A stretch of DNA of 63,375 nt, counting the filler, from Choristocarpus tenellus KU-1152 (lineage: Eukaryota; Protista; Phaeophyceae), in the NCBI GenBank assembly GCA_964200185.2. It is 11 parts of 11 records of this genome, joined end to end, with 100 filler letters (N's around TTAATTAATTAA, not from the genome) between each part and the next. Parts side by side here need not be neighbours in the genome. Positions count along the whole stretch, not along the records: positions 1 to 11,152 come from CAXNAD020002480.1; positions 11,253 to 14,153 come from CAXNAD020023790.1; 9 more parts are not named here. One strand, 5' to 3'. Positions 1 through 11,624 of the stretch are shown in pieces (positions within the stretch are counted from its first letter, which is position 1; each line of letters starts with the position of its first letter). Under the pieces are notes generated by a model, which was not told the DNA's origin, made no database searches, and saw only the letters and a program-made list of their open reading frames with translations. Made by a program: the position numbers and the translations under genes.

Positions 1-28
1 CCAGATACTTTGAGCCACATGTGCTAGC

Positions 29-212
29 GACCCAAAGTATCTTGGGGGGGAGGGGGGGGGGAGGGTGCACCAGGGTGTTCGTTTTGACCATAACCAGGAA
101 AAATGCACTTTCATTATCCATCTGACGTATGCAACAAAATCACCCAAAAATCGTGACATGAAAAAATTGACCCCAAATGGACAGCTGTCACCCCCCCCAG
201 ATGCTTTGAGTC
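29..212 (+). mobile_element. MITE family A, full copy (~180 bp)
   Basis: TIRs GACCCAAAGTATCT...AGATGCTTTGAGTC with a 3-bp AGC duplication at 26-28 and 213-215. The end of another copy lies at 1-16. Confidence 0.85.
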
Positions 213-1715
213 AGCTCAGAGGTGCTACAATACATATCACAAGACAATCACCAATCTACAAACCACCACGACCCACCAGTTACAACACTCAGAACTGGAG
301 GATCATACCATCAACCACTCAATCAATCAGCACTATTATGTATTGCGTGTCAGGGACATGGTGACTGTAGGTAAGTGCCACTGGGTGCATCCTGTCCTCA
401 GCAGCAACAAGATGTACATAAGACCAACTTTGTGGTCGGACAGGTAGATATGTAGGCATGTTTAACATGTTGAAGGTCATTAATGTGGCCTACAACAAGA
501 AGGAACCTAGTGTTTCTATTAGAGAGATGGAAGAGAATGTGGATGGGTGGCATCAGACATCATCAACGGATTGGGTTTCTTCAGGTTGCTCCAGTGCAGG
601 AAATGGAGATCTTGGCTGAACTTGACGAGGAGCTTGTGAATGATATCAGTTTCCACACTGTGAGGTGTACTCTATGGTGTGGTCACACCAGATGGGGTTT
701 AGAAGAGTCTATATTCAATACGTGCAATGCAGTGCTTGACAAACGACTTTAGATTGGAGCACACCACTGGAGTAGGAACAGTACTATGTGTGACATTGAC
801 CACCAGATCTCCCTGAAGATTATAATGTATTGGTTGATGAGGATAGTAACGATGGTGTGTCTACGTATGATATGCTGAGCATGTAGTGCTGAAAATTCCA
901 AATCTGAAATCACAGTCTCGATCCAACACCTATGGTCTTTGATTTACGAGAAAGAAACGATGCTTTTGGGACCAAGACGTACACCTATGATAGAACTGCA
1001 ATGTATATATTATACCTTCATGTACTGCCTGAGGAATGGCAGAGAGAGCTACTACAAGTGGTGAATGATCATAGTTTCCCTCATATGATCTACTTCGCCA
1101 CATGCCTCCTTGTACCGAACGGACCCAATCTGAAAAATAAAATACTGCCAACGGGCTCTATCGCACCAAGCACGCTTCAAACTATGTACTGTACATGCAC
1201 TATCACTTCGAGGGGTACCAGGACTTATTTCGGATGAACAAAGGGACCAAGCTATCACTTACTATTAAAAGTCAATCCTGAAAGGTCCTAGCCTCAGTGG
1301 TGTAATGTGCACATATTAGAGCTATCCGTCATTCAGCAGTGTTGTTTATCCCAATACACACAGGTGCCTTCACGCCAGCTATTACAATATCCCGTACAGA
1401 GCTCAATAAAATTATCGAGAAAATGATATTGAGCACAATGCACCAATCCTGCACAGCTCTGCAAATACGTTAGGGAGAAAAGTGCACCCCCCTCCTCCAA
1501 ACCTCCATATAGAGCATTTGACCAATCAAACAGCACTACGACAAATCCTTATCTTGAAAATTATAATCAATACAATCTGCACCAAACAAGGCAGATTATT
1601 GCCTCAATAACTTTAGTTGTGCTTTCCCATGTAACAATCGAGATAATTGCTGCCCAGTTCTTGAGCATGCTTATTCGATCAGGCACACAGAATTGCTGTG
1701 TGATACTGCTCTCAG

Positions 1716-1886
1716 TGTAGAGAGTGCGGGTGCTTGTATTCAATAATCCATCAGCAACATTCAACAGCGCCTGGACATAGCAAGGATTCTTTTATAGTGA
1801 ACACAAAAGATTGAGGTATGGACTTGTGCAGGCTGAAGGGGGGGGCACAGGGTGTCCTCGCCGTTGTGCAAGCGTTCCTTCTTCAG
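1716..1886 (+). pseudogene. Decayed exon of a MINDY-3/4 (FAM188/DUF4205) deubiquitinase
   Basis: Translates V*RVRVLVFNNPSATFNSAWT*QGFFYSEHKRLRYGLVQAEGG[+1 G]AQGVLAVVQAFLLQ|GTAAGG. This matches the MINDY-3/4 motif W..Q.F.F......YGLVQ..GGPCGVLA.VQAF. It has in-frame TAG stops, a frameshift in the G8 run, and no catalytic Cys. Confidence 0.7.
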
Positions 1887-2926
1887 GTAAGGGTTCAGAT
1901 AGAAAAGAAGGTACATCTAGCCAGTTGGGTATGTCAACAACAAATAACCAAACAATGTGCAATTAAACAATTAACAAGAGTGACCAACTGACAGCTTCCT
2001 CACTTCATCCAACTCTGAACATACACCATTACGTAGATTGATAGGACATTAAACTCTCCTAGTAGTGTAAAATACACTAGTGTGTTCTTCACGTTTCCTT
2101 TTCTGCTCCACATTAAATTGCTCCGTCTCAGACACATGCTCAAAAAAGAGGTCGATTATCAATCAAAACATTGCACAGAGTAATGCAGAAGACAGAACGA
2201 GTCATAGCCAACAATACCACTCAAAATTCCATCCCATGATTCACCGAACTCTTCATCAAACCAATTCTCTGGGCAGCAAACCTGTATGGTAACCATGGGT
2301 ACCAAGATCGCAGCACTCACTCTAACTCCAACGAAATCATGATGAAATGTACCTTTTCAACATGCTGCATGAGATACTATTAAAATGCACTGCATCACTT
2401 GAGCTTTGTGTATCAACCGACCAGCACTAAAATAACCAATCTCAATGACAGTGGAACCCTTCTGGTCAAAAAGCAACTTCCTGAGCTTCAGGCAACAGCA
2501 TCTTCCTTAGATCATCTGTGGCAACTTAATCGGACCTCTTCAGATGGAGGTCATTGAGACGGTGAGATGCATACATTTGCGTCACTGACTGATGACCAAC
2601 TAAACACCCGAGGGCAACACTCTACATGCTTAAGAGGTTCACGGTCAATAACAAGTTTCCTTGTCAGGATCAACAGATCAATGATCAAGAAGGACACTAT
2701 AATAACACTGGGAAAAAAATGCCGAAGCAATTTGATGCAAGATACTTTGTACTTGTCTCTTGAAAATAACTGACCTTTCACCTTAGGCAAGAGTTGCACC
2801 ACCTCAACGCGAAACAGCATCAACCACCAACCAATCATGGAAGGACGATTTTCTTTCCAATCTGAGAAAAAAAACTCTTGGCACCTTGTCTCGCAAAAAG
2901 ACATCATACCCCATTAATAGCTAACC

Positions 2927-5900
2927 TCACAATTCACCAACTGTATCCTCTTCCTGAATAGGAGCCTCTCCCCTTCCCTCTGCAAACGCCCTAAGCACGT
3001 TACGGCGGACCATGAACAGAGTCCTTTTTTGTGGGCTAATACTCCCACCATTGAGGAGGTTCCCAAGTCGTTGATTCTCCTTCTCCAAGTAGCCTGCACC
3101 CTGCTCTACAACCTTTCGGGCAACTCTCACATACAGTCCTGCATGCTCAGCCTGCTTGCCCTCCAGGCCCTCTGATGCTTCTGTCAATGACAAGATCAAG
3201 ACTTCATCCACCACGTTACCTTCCTTCCCTGCAATAAGAGCATCAAGCTCCGGAACCCTCCCTGCCTTGGGTGACAGTCCACCATCCGCTGTGCGAAAAC
3301 AATGAGCCTTACAACACAACATAACACAACACAACACATTGATTTTGGAATGAGACAAGGGTGAACAGAAAGGGCAATATTTTGCAGGCACAGAACCGGA
3401 GGTTGAGAATTTGAAGGATGGATTGACTCATGTTGTGGTATATCATAGTATAAGGTGGATTCAATGTATCCTCTTCTCAAGAGCAGTTAAGGAGAACAGG
3501 AAAATGTGGTTCTCCTACCTTGTTGAGTTTAGATTTTCTTTGGAAAAAACGTTTCCATATTTCGGCAGGCATGTATCACATCCATACTGAGCACCTTACC
3601 TGCTCAGTACATGCAGAGACACAAAACGTTGTTGACAGTGCATTGATACCAACAGATACTTGAGCGCTCTTAACCCCCTCCAACCCCCAGCTGACCAAGG
3701 GGACAATTATCACAAGGAAATGAATGAAACAAAAAAAGTTGCAGGGTGCTAAATTGGACTTTGAACAGTTCAGTGAGGCAGTGAGCTGTGAAAGTCAAGA
3801 GGGCTAGCTGGCTGAGATACATCACGATTCCCATGCGACTAACAAGTGCAGATAGGTTAGAAAGCTTAGGGTGCGCTGATGCCTCGAACAAAATGGAATA
3901 GGACTGGCACACCAGTTGAAGTAAGAATGGTGAGACAGAAAAGTTGGAGTTTCACCTTGACATGGTGCGCATTGTAGTGAAATGCGATCACTACAACAGG
4001 TGGGTGTTTTGACAGGCATCAATATTTGACCACGAGAATTTGTGCACCAATAAGAAATGGTAGAATGTGCCCTGTAGTTTTCTTTCTACGCTAGGCCTCA
4101 CAACAGGACTATCACACCATCACATCGATGGAAAAACTGCACCCCAAAAAGTTGTCGAGTTTTATGCCAAGAAGTATGCATACTATAACTACACAAGAGG
4201 GTCCAAAAGATATATGTACCTCTCAATCTTACACTACCAAGAACTTGCCTCCCGGTAACACTAGAGTTATCTAGACCCCAGACCTTTTTCACTCGGGAAG
4301 GCAAACAAGGGGGGCATTCAGGAAGGTTGAGCTATGTGGCTGGTGCTATGGAGTAACAAAGTAGTCAAGATTGCCACATCTTAGAGGCACTATGTACCTT
4401 TCGTGGCCTGCAGTTAGTGTTTACACCGCAGGCGAGGGGGGGTGGGACCAAGAGAAATAGATATGATGATATACACCTTAAACACATGGGGTACAGTGGA
4501 AATGAACAGGTGCGTCAATTTTGCGTCATGTATTTCTCCCACACTGTTCCCACGAAATTGAACTTTAGGACAGCATGGTTATTGCCCCAAGACCCGTCCC
4601 CCCCTGAACCTGTCCAATGCATATAAGATGACCTGAACTCTCCAAAGATCATCCTCACCTTTTCGTTGAGGAAACCAACAAGGGAGGGGAGGTCACGCCC
4701 ACCCTGGTATACCTCCGGCTCATCTCCAATAGAATCCTTGCCAGCAGCAAAGAACTTTAGGCTTGGATACCCAGTCACTCCAAATCGTTGGGCCAGGCTC
4801 TGTTCCTCTGTGGCATCCACCTGATCCCAAAAAAGAAGAAAGATTGAGGGAATGAGTGAAAAAATGAGAAGAGGGGGGAGCAATCTTCTCAGCTCAATAA
4901 AAACACTCAATAGACACAAATACATGCAGAGGGCCCCAAAGATTGGAACCTAGGACTGACCCCCTACCCCTCCCATCTAGTCTCAGAAGCACAATAATTC
5001 TGTAGCGCCACATTGTTCTCTGTAGTGATAAAAAATAGTGCTTTTCACCGGGCCAGCAAATTTTTAATAATCCCTTCACCAGCCAGACTAGTCTCACAAT
5101 TATTTAACATGTCCCAGTCCATGTCTGCTGGTCGGACTGGGTCAAACATTCTCTGACATGTCCGAGCCATGACCACTGGATATTGTACTGGTCCATGTCC
5201 ACTACGCATTCTACGAATCCACCTGTCGACTTCGTTAGGCCTTTCTTTCCATGCAAAAAATAAAAATATGTGCAGCAAATTGAAGGCAGGCTGAGTTTCC
5301 ACGCACAAGAATCACAAATCACCTTGACTAAAGTCACCCGGCATGTTTTTGTATCAAGTTTTAAATGTTTTAGTAGTTAAAACAGTGAAATAGAAAACGA
5401 TACAGAAATATCACTATGTATAATGTTTTCATATTTAGAGTAGAGTGAATAAGGGAGGAATGGCCATGATGTGGCCAGCCCAAGCGTAAAATAAATAATA
5501 CTTGACCAGCCATAGATAAAATGTTCTAACATGACTGAATCCAAAGTCATCACTTACTCGACATGACCAGGACCACCGTCCAGCCATGTACAACCAAGTT
5601 CTAACATGGACGAGTCCACAGCTATCACCTTTTCAACATGACCAGGGCCACCTCTAACATGGACGAGTCCACAGCTATCACCTTTTCAACATGACCAGGG
5701 CCACCGTCCAGCCATGTACAACCAAGTTCTAACATGGTTGAGTCCATGGCCATCAACCATTTCAACATGGCCAGGCCACGGATTGGCCCATGGCCATATG
5801 GCCAACATTGGACATGCTAACTGCCCGGCCCAGTTAAAAGCCCTGATAAAAACCACATTGCAGCGCTACGTAATAACCATTGGTAGAGTGCTTAAGACTG

Positions 5901-8596
5901 CTACAAGTGGCTACAGAGTAGGCAAGAGCATCTCGACAAACGAAATCAAAGGTGACCTTCCAGCTATGAAGCACAGCAAGGCATGTCTGTACACTTTCAG
6001 ACGTTTGATGCTCTTGTCAAGGCAGGAACCGGCAGGTGAAAGTATAGCCTGGAGGGGCAGACCCCTCTATCTCAATCAAAGCAAGATGGAGGCATGTACA
6101 CTTATGGCAAGGTAGGAAGGAGGACACAAGATAGGTATCCTCACTTGTGCAGAATGCCTATTTAATGCCCTTAATTGAATTGACCCACAAAGACACCAGT
6201 AGTACTCAATGCCCCAAAAAGTCTTGCCACATGACCAGACCCACATGTTGTCCACGTCACTGTTGCTCTTGGACTCCACAGATCGTACCCTCTCTCTACC
6301 ATCTTGAATTTTTTTTTCTGATATCCACCACGTTGATACACTACTGGAGCCATCATTCAACCTAATTGAACCCAGTAATCGTCACGATAACACACATCCC
6401 TTATACACAGCTATCCAGGTGCAGTCAACACACGTCTGGAATTGCATCTTGACAAAATTTTACAGCGAGCATCTCCTCTGTGAAATGGTTTGATATTATA
6501 ACCCCTCCTCCACCTCCCCCAGCAGACATTCAGAAGCACTGGTTAAAGACTAGGGTCCAGATTTTCCGTTTCCCGGGGTCTCTTGATGCTTAGGAATGAG
6601 CATTGGTTGATAACATTGCTGGGCGTACCCCAAGCCTTGGTTGAGAGACTCCAACGGTCTCCAAAATCTACACTAAAAAAGATGTCATTTAAAACATTGG
6701 CATTCCCTTAAATGGCTGGTAACCTGAGATATCCTCAAGGAGAGTTTCTAACTGTCTATCACAAAAACTTTGGCGGCGCAGAGTTAGGGAGGGAGAGAGG
6801 GGAGAGCATAGACAGCTCAAATCCTGACTAACAAATCAACAGTTGTCATGGTGACAGGAGAAACAAGCTCAGAGGTGAATGTGCATGTCACCACCAAGTG
6901 GAGAAGCTTGTACATTGGTCATTGTGGCAAGAGAAACCTTCATCAGACTCAGTTTTGTGGCTCTGACAGAACACCCTCTGCTGCACTGTTGTCCCCCACC
7001 CAGTCCAGCAAAGGGTATTATAGCTCGGTACAAATATTCTACCCATTGGATCAGGAAATAAGGGTTAATCTGATAGTCTACCACACTGTTGTAAAAACGT
7101 TTTTTGGAAGAACACCAACACAACAGTGTGTAGTGGGACAAGAGAGACAAAATATACCTGCTCAAATACAAAAGAACAATTGCTTCAAGAGCTGGCAGAT
7201 TGGGATATTGTCATTCTTGATACTTGGCGAATACACCACATCAGGCAAGTGAAGAGAGTTGTTTCTTCTGCAGAGATAAGTGTTCACATAGGATATGGAT
7301 GCACTTTTGAGAACAACACTTCACCTCATGCTAGACCCCACCTTTGCAACGACAACTTCCTCCTCTGCCTCAAAGATGCTGGCAAGCTTCTCGTATATGG
7401 GAGCAAGGCCCTTGCAATGCCCGCACCACGGGGCGTAGAATTCCACCAACACGTTTTTGGAGGGATCCAGAGCTACTGCATCAAAGGTCAAGGTGGTGAG
7501 ATCCATCACCACAGAGCGCGGCTGCGAGAGGATTGATTACGGCAATTGTGAGAAAGGGGGTCAAGGTGTGTGGCATGCATGTTTACTCTTGATGTACAAT
7601 AAATAGAATCCTGTGGAATGTACATTGGGGTAGTAGGAAAGAGGTGGTTTGCAGTAAATAATTGAAGCATTCTTACTTTATTGTGTGAAATAACCTCTTG
7701 CAAAAGTGAAGGTTAGGGATACTCTGACAGCACCTTGACGATTTTGCTATTCAGGCCGGTCTTGCTGTTCACGAACTCCACCAATGCATCGGCAGTACGA
7801 GCACCACTGTAGTCCTCTGGTGTGGTAGAGCCCTGGGGAAACCACTTCAGCGTTGGGAAGCCTGTCACGCCAAATTTGGTACCTAGTACTTTTTCCTTGT
7901 CCGCGTCAACCTTGGGGAAGCAAACAAGGGGTTCGAAAAGTATATATAACGCACTATCAGTATCAACAGAAGTCTCCACTTCTCATACTTTGCAAGATAG
8001 CCGAAGGGCAAACCGGGAAGAGGGTAACTTGCTCAAACGAGCACGCCATGGATAGCCGCGAAAAATCACCCTCATCGTGAACTCTACGAGCAAGTGCCAC
8101 TATGCCTTTGTTGGTTGCATCTTAAGTCGTCTTGCCTTGGCGATTACTACGGTGTCCATGTTGGATTTGAACACCTCCCCCAGAATATCATATTCAGGTG
8201 CCAGCTTCTTGCAGTGCCCACACCACGGGGCATAGAACTCAACAAGTGCAGCTTTACTCCCATCAATGATACTGTCGAAATTCTAGAGCCGAGGAGATAG
8301 GGTAAGATGGGTTGGTATGTGCATGGATGGGGAAGGATATGTTGTCCAGTGAGGGGAAGAAGATGAACTGGTCATGGGGATATATATGTGTGTGTATGTG
8401 TGTTGATGTCTCAGGTGGGGAGTTGAATAGATCGTTGACCAGGGTATTCCTCATCATGAACCATATTATTGTACCCCGTCCGATGCAGCAATCCAAATAT
8501 TCTTATTGGTACCTTGGCTGTGAGGTCAACGACGTGCCCACTCGCGCGGATAGCGACCATTGCAAGAGAAATCCCACCGGTCAACCACCTCCTCAT
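2927..8596 (-). CDS. Protein disulfide isomerase, P5/ERp38 (a-a'-ERp29c) type, complete 6-exon gene, ~376 aa
   Basis: Exons 8513-8596, 8136-8282, 7734-7910, 7342-7521, 4659-4820 and 2927-3307 splice in frame. The protein has a signal peptide, two thioredoxin domains with [17 protein letters not shown](F/Y)PxLK motifs, an ERp29c-like helical C-domain, and ends VGEL*. Intron 2 has a GC donor. Confidence 0.95.
5036..5845. mobile_element. hAT-like non-autonomous element in PDI intron 4, with subterminal tandem repeats
   Basis: Imperfect TIRs: TAGTGCTTTTCACCGGGCC on the left, CAGGGCTTTTAACTGGGCC as the reverse complement on the right. The 8-bp flanks are ATAAAAAA and ATAAAAAC. Internal ~75-bp repeats (ACATGACCAGGGCCACCGTCCAGCCATGTACAACCAAGTTCTAACATGG) lie at ~5520-5780. 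Confidence 0.7.
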
Positions 8597-8800
8597 CTTG
8601 ATTAATAGGCTAAAAACGGCTTGTCTCTTATTGACACTGACACTACCAACGGTTCAAAGGCCTCAGTCAGAAGCACTTCCAGTCCTATCTCCTGTTATCC
8701 AAGTATGTCTAACACTCCTCATCCTATATCCTCATACCCAACATTTACTTCCGTTGTCCAGCCATCCAGCCATCCACCTGCACCTTGAAAACTGAACCAT

Positions 8801-11110
8801 TGTACCAGTACATATTGAATATATTTTAGGGTGCTACACCAGAACCGCAGTACATGATGGGACAGGGTCTATGACTGGTTCAAGTCGAATATATTTTGAG
8901 TATTCGATGGTCACCTTCCTTCCAAGGTATACTTTTAAAGGGACCTTCCTTCCAAGGTATACTTTTAAAGGGACCTTCCTTCCAAGGTATACTTTTAAAG
9001 GGACCTGCCTTCAGAAGTTACACCTCACAACACTCTTGTTTCGTACCACGCTAACGAATGCTGGGTTAAATACTTTTCGGTGTGTATAATACTTCCTGGC
9101 AAGGTATACTGTTAAAAAACCCTTTGCCTGAGGTATATTTCAGAGTCGTTTTCCACGATGACAATTAGCATTGCTTCCTTCCCGGTGACGTCAATATCGG
9201 GCTGTTTGAGTGGGCATTACCAGCCCCTCTTATTCACCTTCCTTGTTCACTCCTTCCCTGAGTGAACTTCTGAGGGTTGGTCACCCTCCGGCTTTGTCTT
9301 ACTCCCTTCCGTTCCCCCTGTAGGTCTTCCCGATCCCCTTCAATCTGAAGAACATCTCTACGGGCTTACAACTGTTTCACAGTGGCGACGACAGTGCAGA
9401 TAGGTTATGAAGTGGGAAGGTACATCTATAGTACTTCTCAGTACATTTCCCATACTTTGAGCACCACACCTGCCCTGTGTACGCATGCCACACCATTCCG
9501 ATTGACATGTAGTTCGATCGAGGGATGAACCAACACCTTCCACACCATAGAACCATCTCCAAATCTTCATGACCGAGGAATACAAAGAGAGCGAACCAGC
9601 AGAACACCTTCTCCCGCCTTTCCATCACCAAGATCCTCATTCCTTTGATGGAGTTTTCCTGGACGATGGGAGAAATAATCCTAAATCTTTATCGACACAG
9701 ATTTTTGGATGGACGATCGGGTCGTTAAGCAACAACTTATGAATGGTGACATGGTTCACTGGTGCCTTGTCACACTGTGCCTCTCTTCCCCTTTGTCTCG
9801 AATGATCTTCTAAGCGTATTCGTGTTGAAGAGAAAATTAATTCTACCACCTGCCACGCTAACTTTAGACACGGACGGCTAGTGACATCCCATGCATTTCT
9901 TACAATTTCTTACGTGCACACACTGCCCTACGGAATTCTCGTATTAAACCTATTATACCAGGTGAAGTCAACCTAAATGTTCTCCAGATGGCAGTGCCTT
10001 GACCGTCATAGGGTTTATCAGGTTTTCTTTATGATTAAGTGATATCTCTATTCCAGTTGAAACTTTACTTTGGTGTTACCCACCTTAGGACCTGATGATG
10101 TCCTTCTCGACAACAGTGTTTTCTTGATGCCCTTGGAGCAACATATGACTAGCATGCTCAGACTTCATTCCAAAAGAGTAACACTGCCATACCTGCCATA
10201 CATCGTACTGCCCACTCTTCATCTGATGTTTCATCTCCTCCTTTTCAAATAGCAGCTATATATGCTCAAGTTCAACATGCCCTATTTCTTCTCCACGAAA
10301 AAAAATCCTTTCCCCCAAAGTCAGAAACTCTTGCACCTGCTGTTGGTGATAAAACCCCAACTGCAAGTGGTATTGTTTCAGAACCTTCTATCTGTTCATT
10401 CCATGACATTGATCCATCAAATGCCCATCATCCTTGGCAGTGTATTGCTATTGCCCGAACAATGACAACATGGAATGCTGATGATGGTTTGGGGTTGGTT
10501 CAACTTGCTAACATGTCTTCATAATGAGTCCATATACCAAATGATAACTTTACCTAGTCACGTCTACCCAGCAGATATATTCAGCACAAAACATGCTAAA
10601 ATTAGTAATCTATCTTCGACAACATCTCTGCCTCCATCCAAAGAAATTCGTCTCAACACTACTGCTCTGAAATCCGCTTTCACACAAAACTTTTAACCCC
10701 CTCAAGTACAAAAAACACTGGATCTTCGTGCCAAACTTCGTTCAGTGTTTTCCCTCGATACCTTAGAATGGGAACTTGCACGATTGCAGAAGTGGATGTT
10801 CCCCTCTAAACAATCACTAGACCTATTTACCAGGCACCTTATTGAGCCAATCCAAACGTCTGAGGTATTTTAGTTAAATGTGTTAAAGAATTACAAAGCC
10901 AAGGAATCATTGAAGCTCGCTCTAGCCCTTGGTATCCCCTGTTACTATTGTAATCAAAGTAGATGGAGGAGGTCCAAGATTCTCCTTAAATTATAGGACC
11001 ATTAACAAATACCTCACTAAAACGCTCTTGGCTCATGGTTTGATCGAGGAACATGTTGATTCCATTGGTGTAGCAAAGCTTATCTTTGTTGCAGATGTAA
11101 ATCAGTAGTT
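8801..11110 (+). mobile_element. Degenerate Ty3/gypsy LTR retrotransposon, 5' portion (putative LTR, PBS, protease, RT N-terminus)
   Basis: A TG...CA block (8801-9381) is followed by PBS-like TGGCGACG at 9383. Retropepsin-like fragments (TLTLDTDG; SPDGSALTVIGF; VLPTLGPDDVLL) lie at ~9855-10120. RT N-terminal motifs QGIIEARSSPW/SPVTIVIKVDGGGPRFSLNYRTINK lie at ~10900-11015. It has many stops and frameshifts and is cut by a MITE and the contig end. LTR limits are tentative. Confidence 0.7.
8913..9012. repeat. 30-bp tandem repeat x3.3 (ACCTTCCTTCCAAGGTATACTTTTAAAGGG)
   Basis: Three exact units plus a partial one, with degenerate copies at ~9091-9140. It lies inside the putative LTR. Confidence 0.95.
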
Positions 11111-11152
11111 GACTTAAAGTATCTGGGGGGGGGGTGGCGGCTGTCCATTTGG
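11111..11152 (-). mobile_element. MITE family A, terminal fragment at contig end
   Basis: GACTTAAAGTATCTGGGGGGGGGGTGGCGGCTGTCCATTTGG. Confidence 0.8.
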
Positions 11153-11252
11153 NNNNNNNNNNNNNNNNNNNNNNNNNNNNNNNNNNNNNNNNNNNNTTAA
11201 TTAATTAANNNNNNNNNNNNNNNNNNNNNNNNNNNNNNNNNNNNNNNNNNNN
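11153..11252. other. Artificial contig linker (44N-TTAATTAATTAA-44N)
   Basis: Fixed-length N pads around a six-frame stop cassette. Identical linkers occur ten times in the window. Confidence 0.98.
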
Positions 11253-11318
11253 ACCGTTTTCGCAAAACAACCATCCTCATAGTCCCGCGCCATCCTCAAT
11301 TTTGAAGATCCCCTGTTA
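11253..11318. mobile_element. End of an element related to the palindromic MITE at 19903-20103
   Basis: CCATCCTCAATTTTGAAGATCCCCTGTTA resembles CCATCCTCAATTATTGAAATCGGCTGTTA. Confidence 0.55.
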
Positions 11319-11444
11319 GTGGAAGTATCGATAAATAAGACGAGTGTGCAATACTAATTATTAAATTATATATATATATATAATTTCATGTTCATCTGCA
11401 ACTATAGTTTCTATAGCAAATATTGGAAGTCGTTTGTTCATTCT

Positions 11445-11624
11445 GACTCAAAGTATCTAGGGGGCGGGGTGGACTACACTCCAGGGTGTCCATTCGAACC
11501 CTTACCAGCAGAAGTGTAATTACATTATCCATCCGACTGATGAAACCAAATCACCCAAAAATCGTGACATGAAGAAATGGGCCCCAAATGGACAGCCGCC
11601 ATTCCCCCCCAGATACTTTGAGCC
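11445..11624 (+). mobile_element. MITE family A, full copy
   Basis: GACTCAAAGTATCT...AGATACTTTGAGCC with a TCT duplication on both sides. Confidence 0.88.

Noticed and set aside
65-364. ORFs overlapping MITE A (also 11569-11754, 15186-15539, 33521-34177, 33760-34053)
   Set aside because: Their mutual peptide similarity simply reflects the shared non-coding MITE.
360-1300. ORFs 483-752 and 932-1237 as genes or TE proteins
   Set aside because: No recognisable motifs or consistent splice structure.
1716-1790. TAG-to-Gln stop-codon reassignment suggested by in-frame TAGs in the MINDY exon
   Set aside because: BCKDHB terminates with TAG at the expected position, no intact gene here has internal TAGs, and the same exon also has a frameshift and lacks the catalytic Cys.
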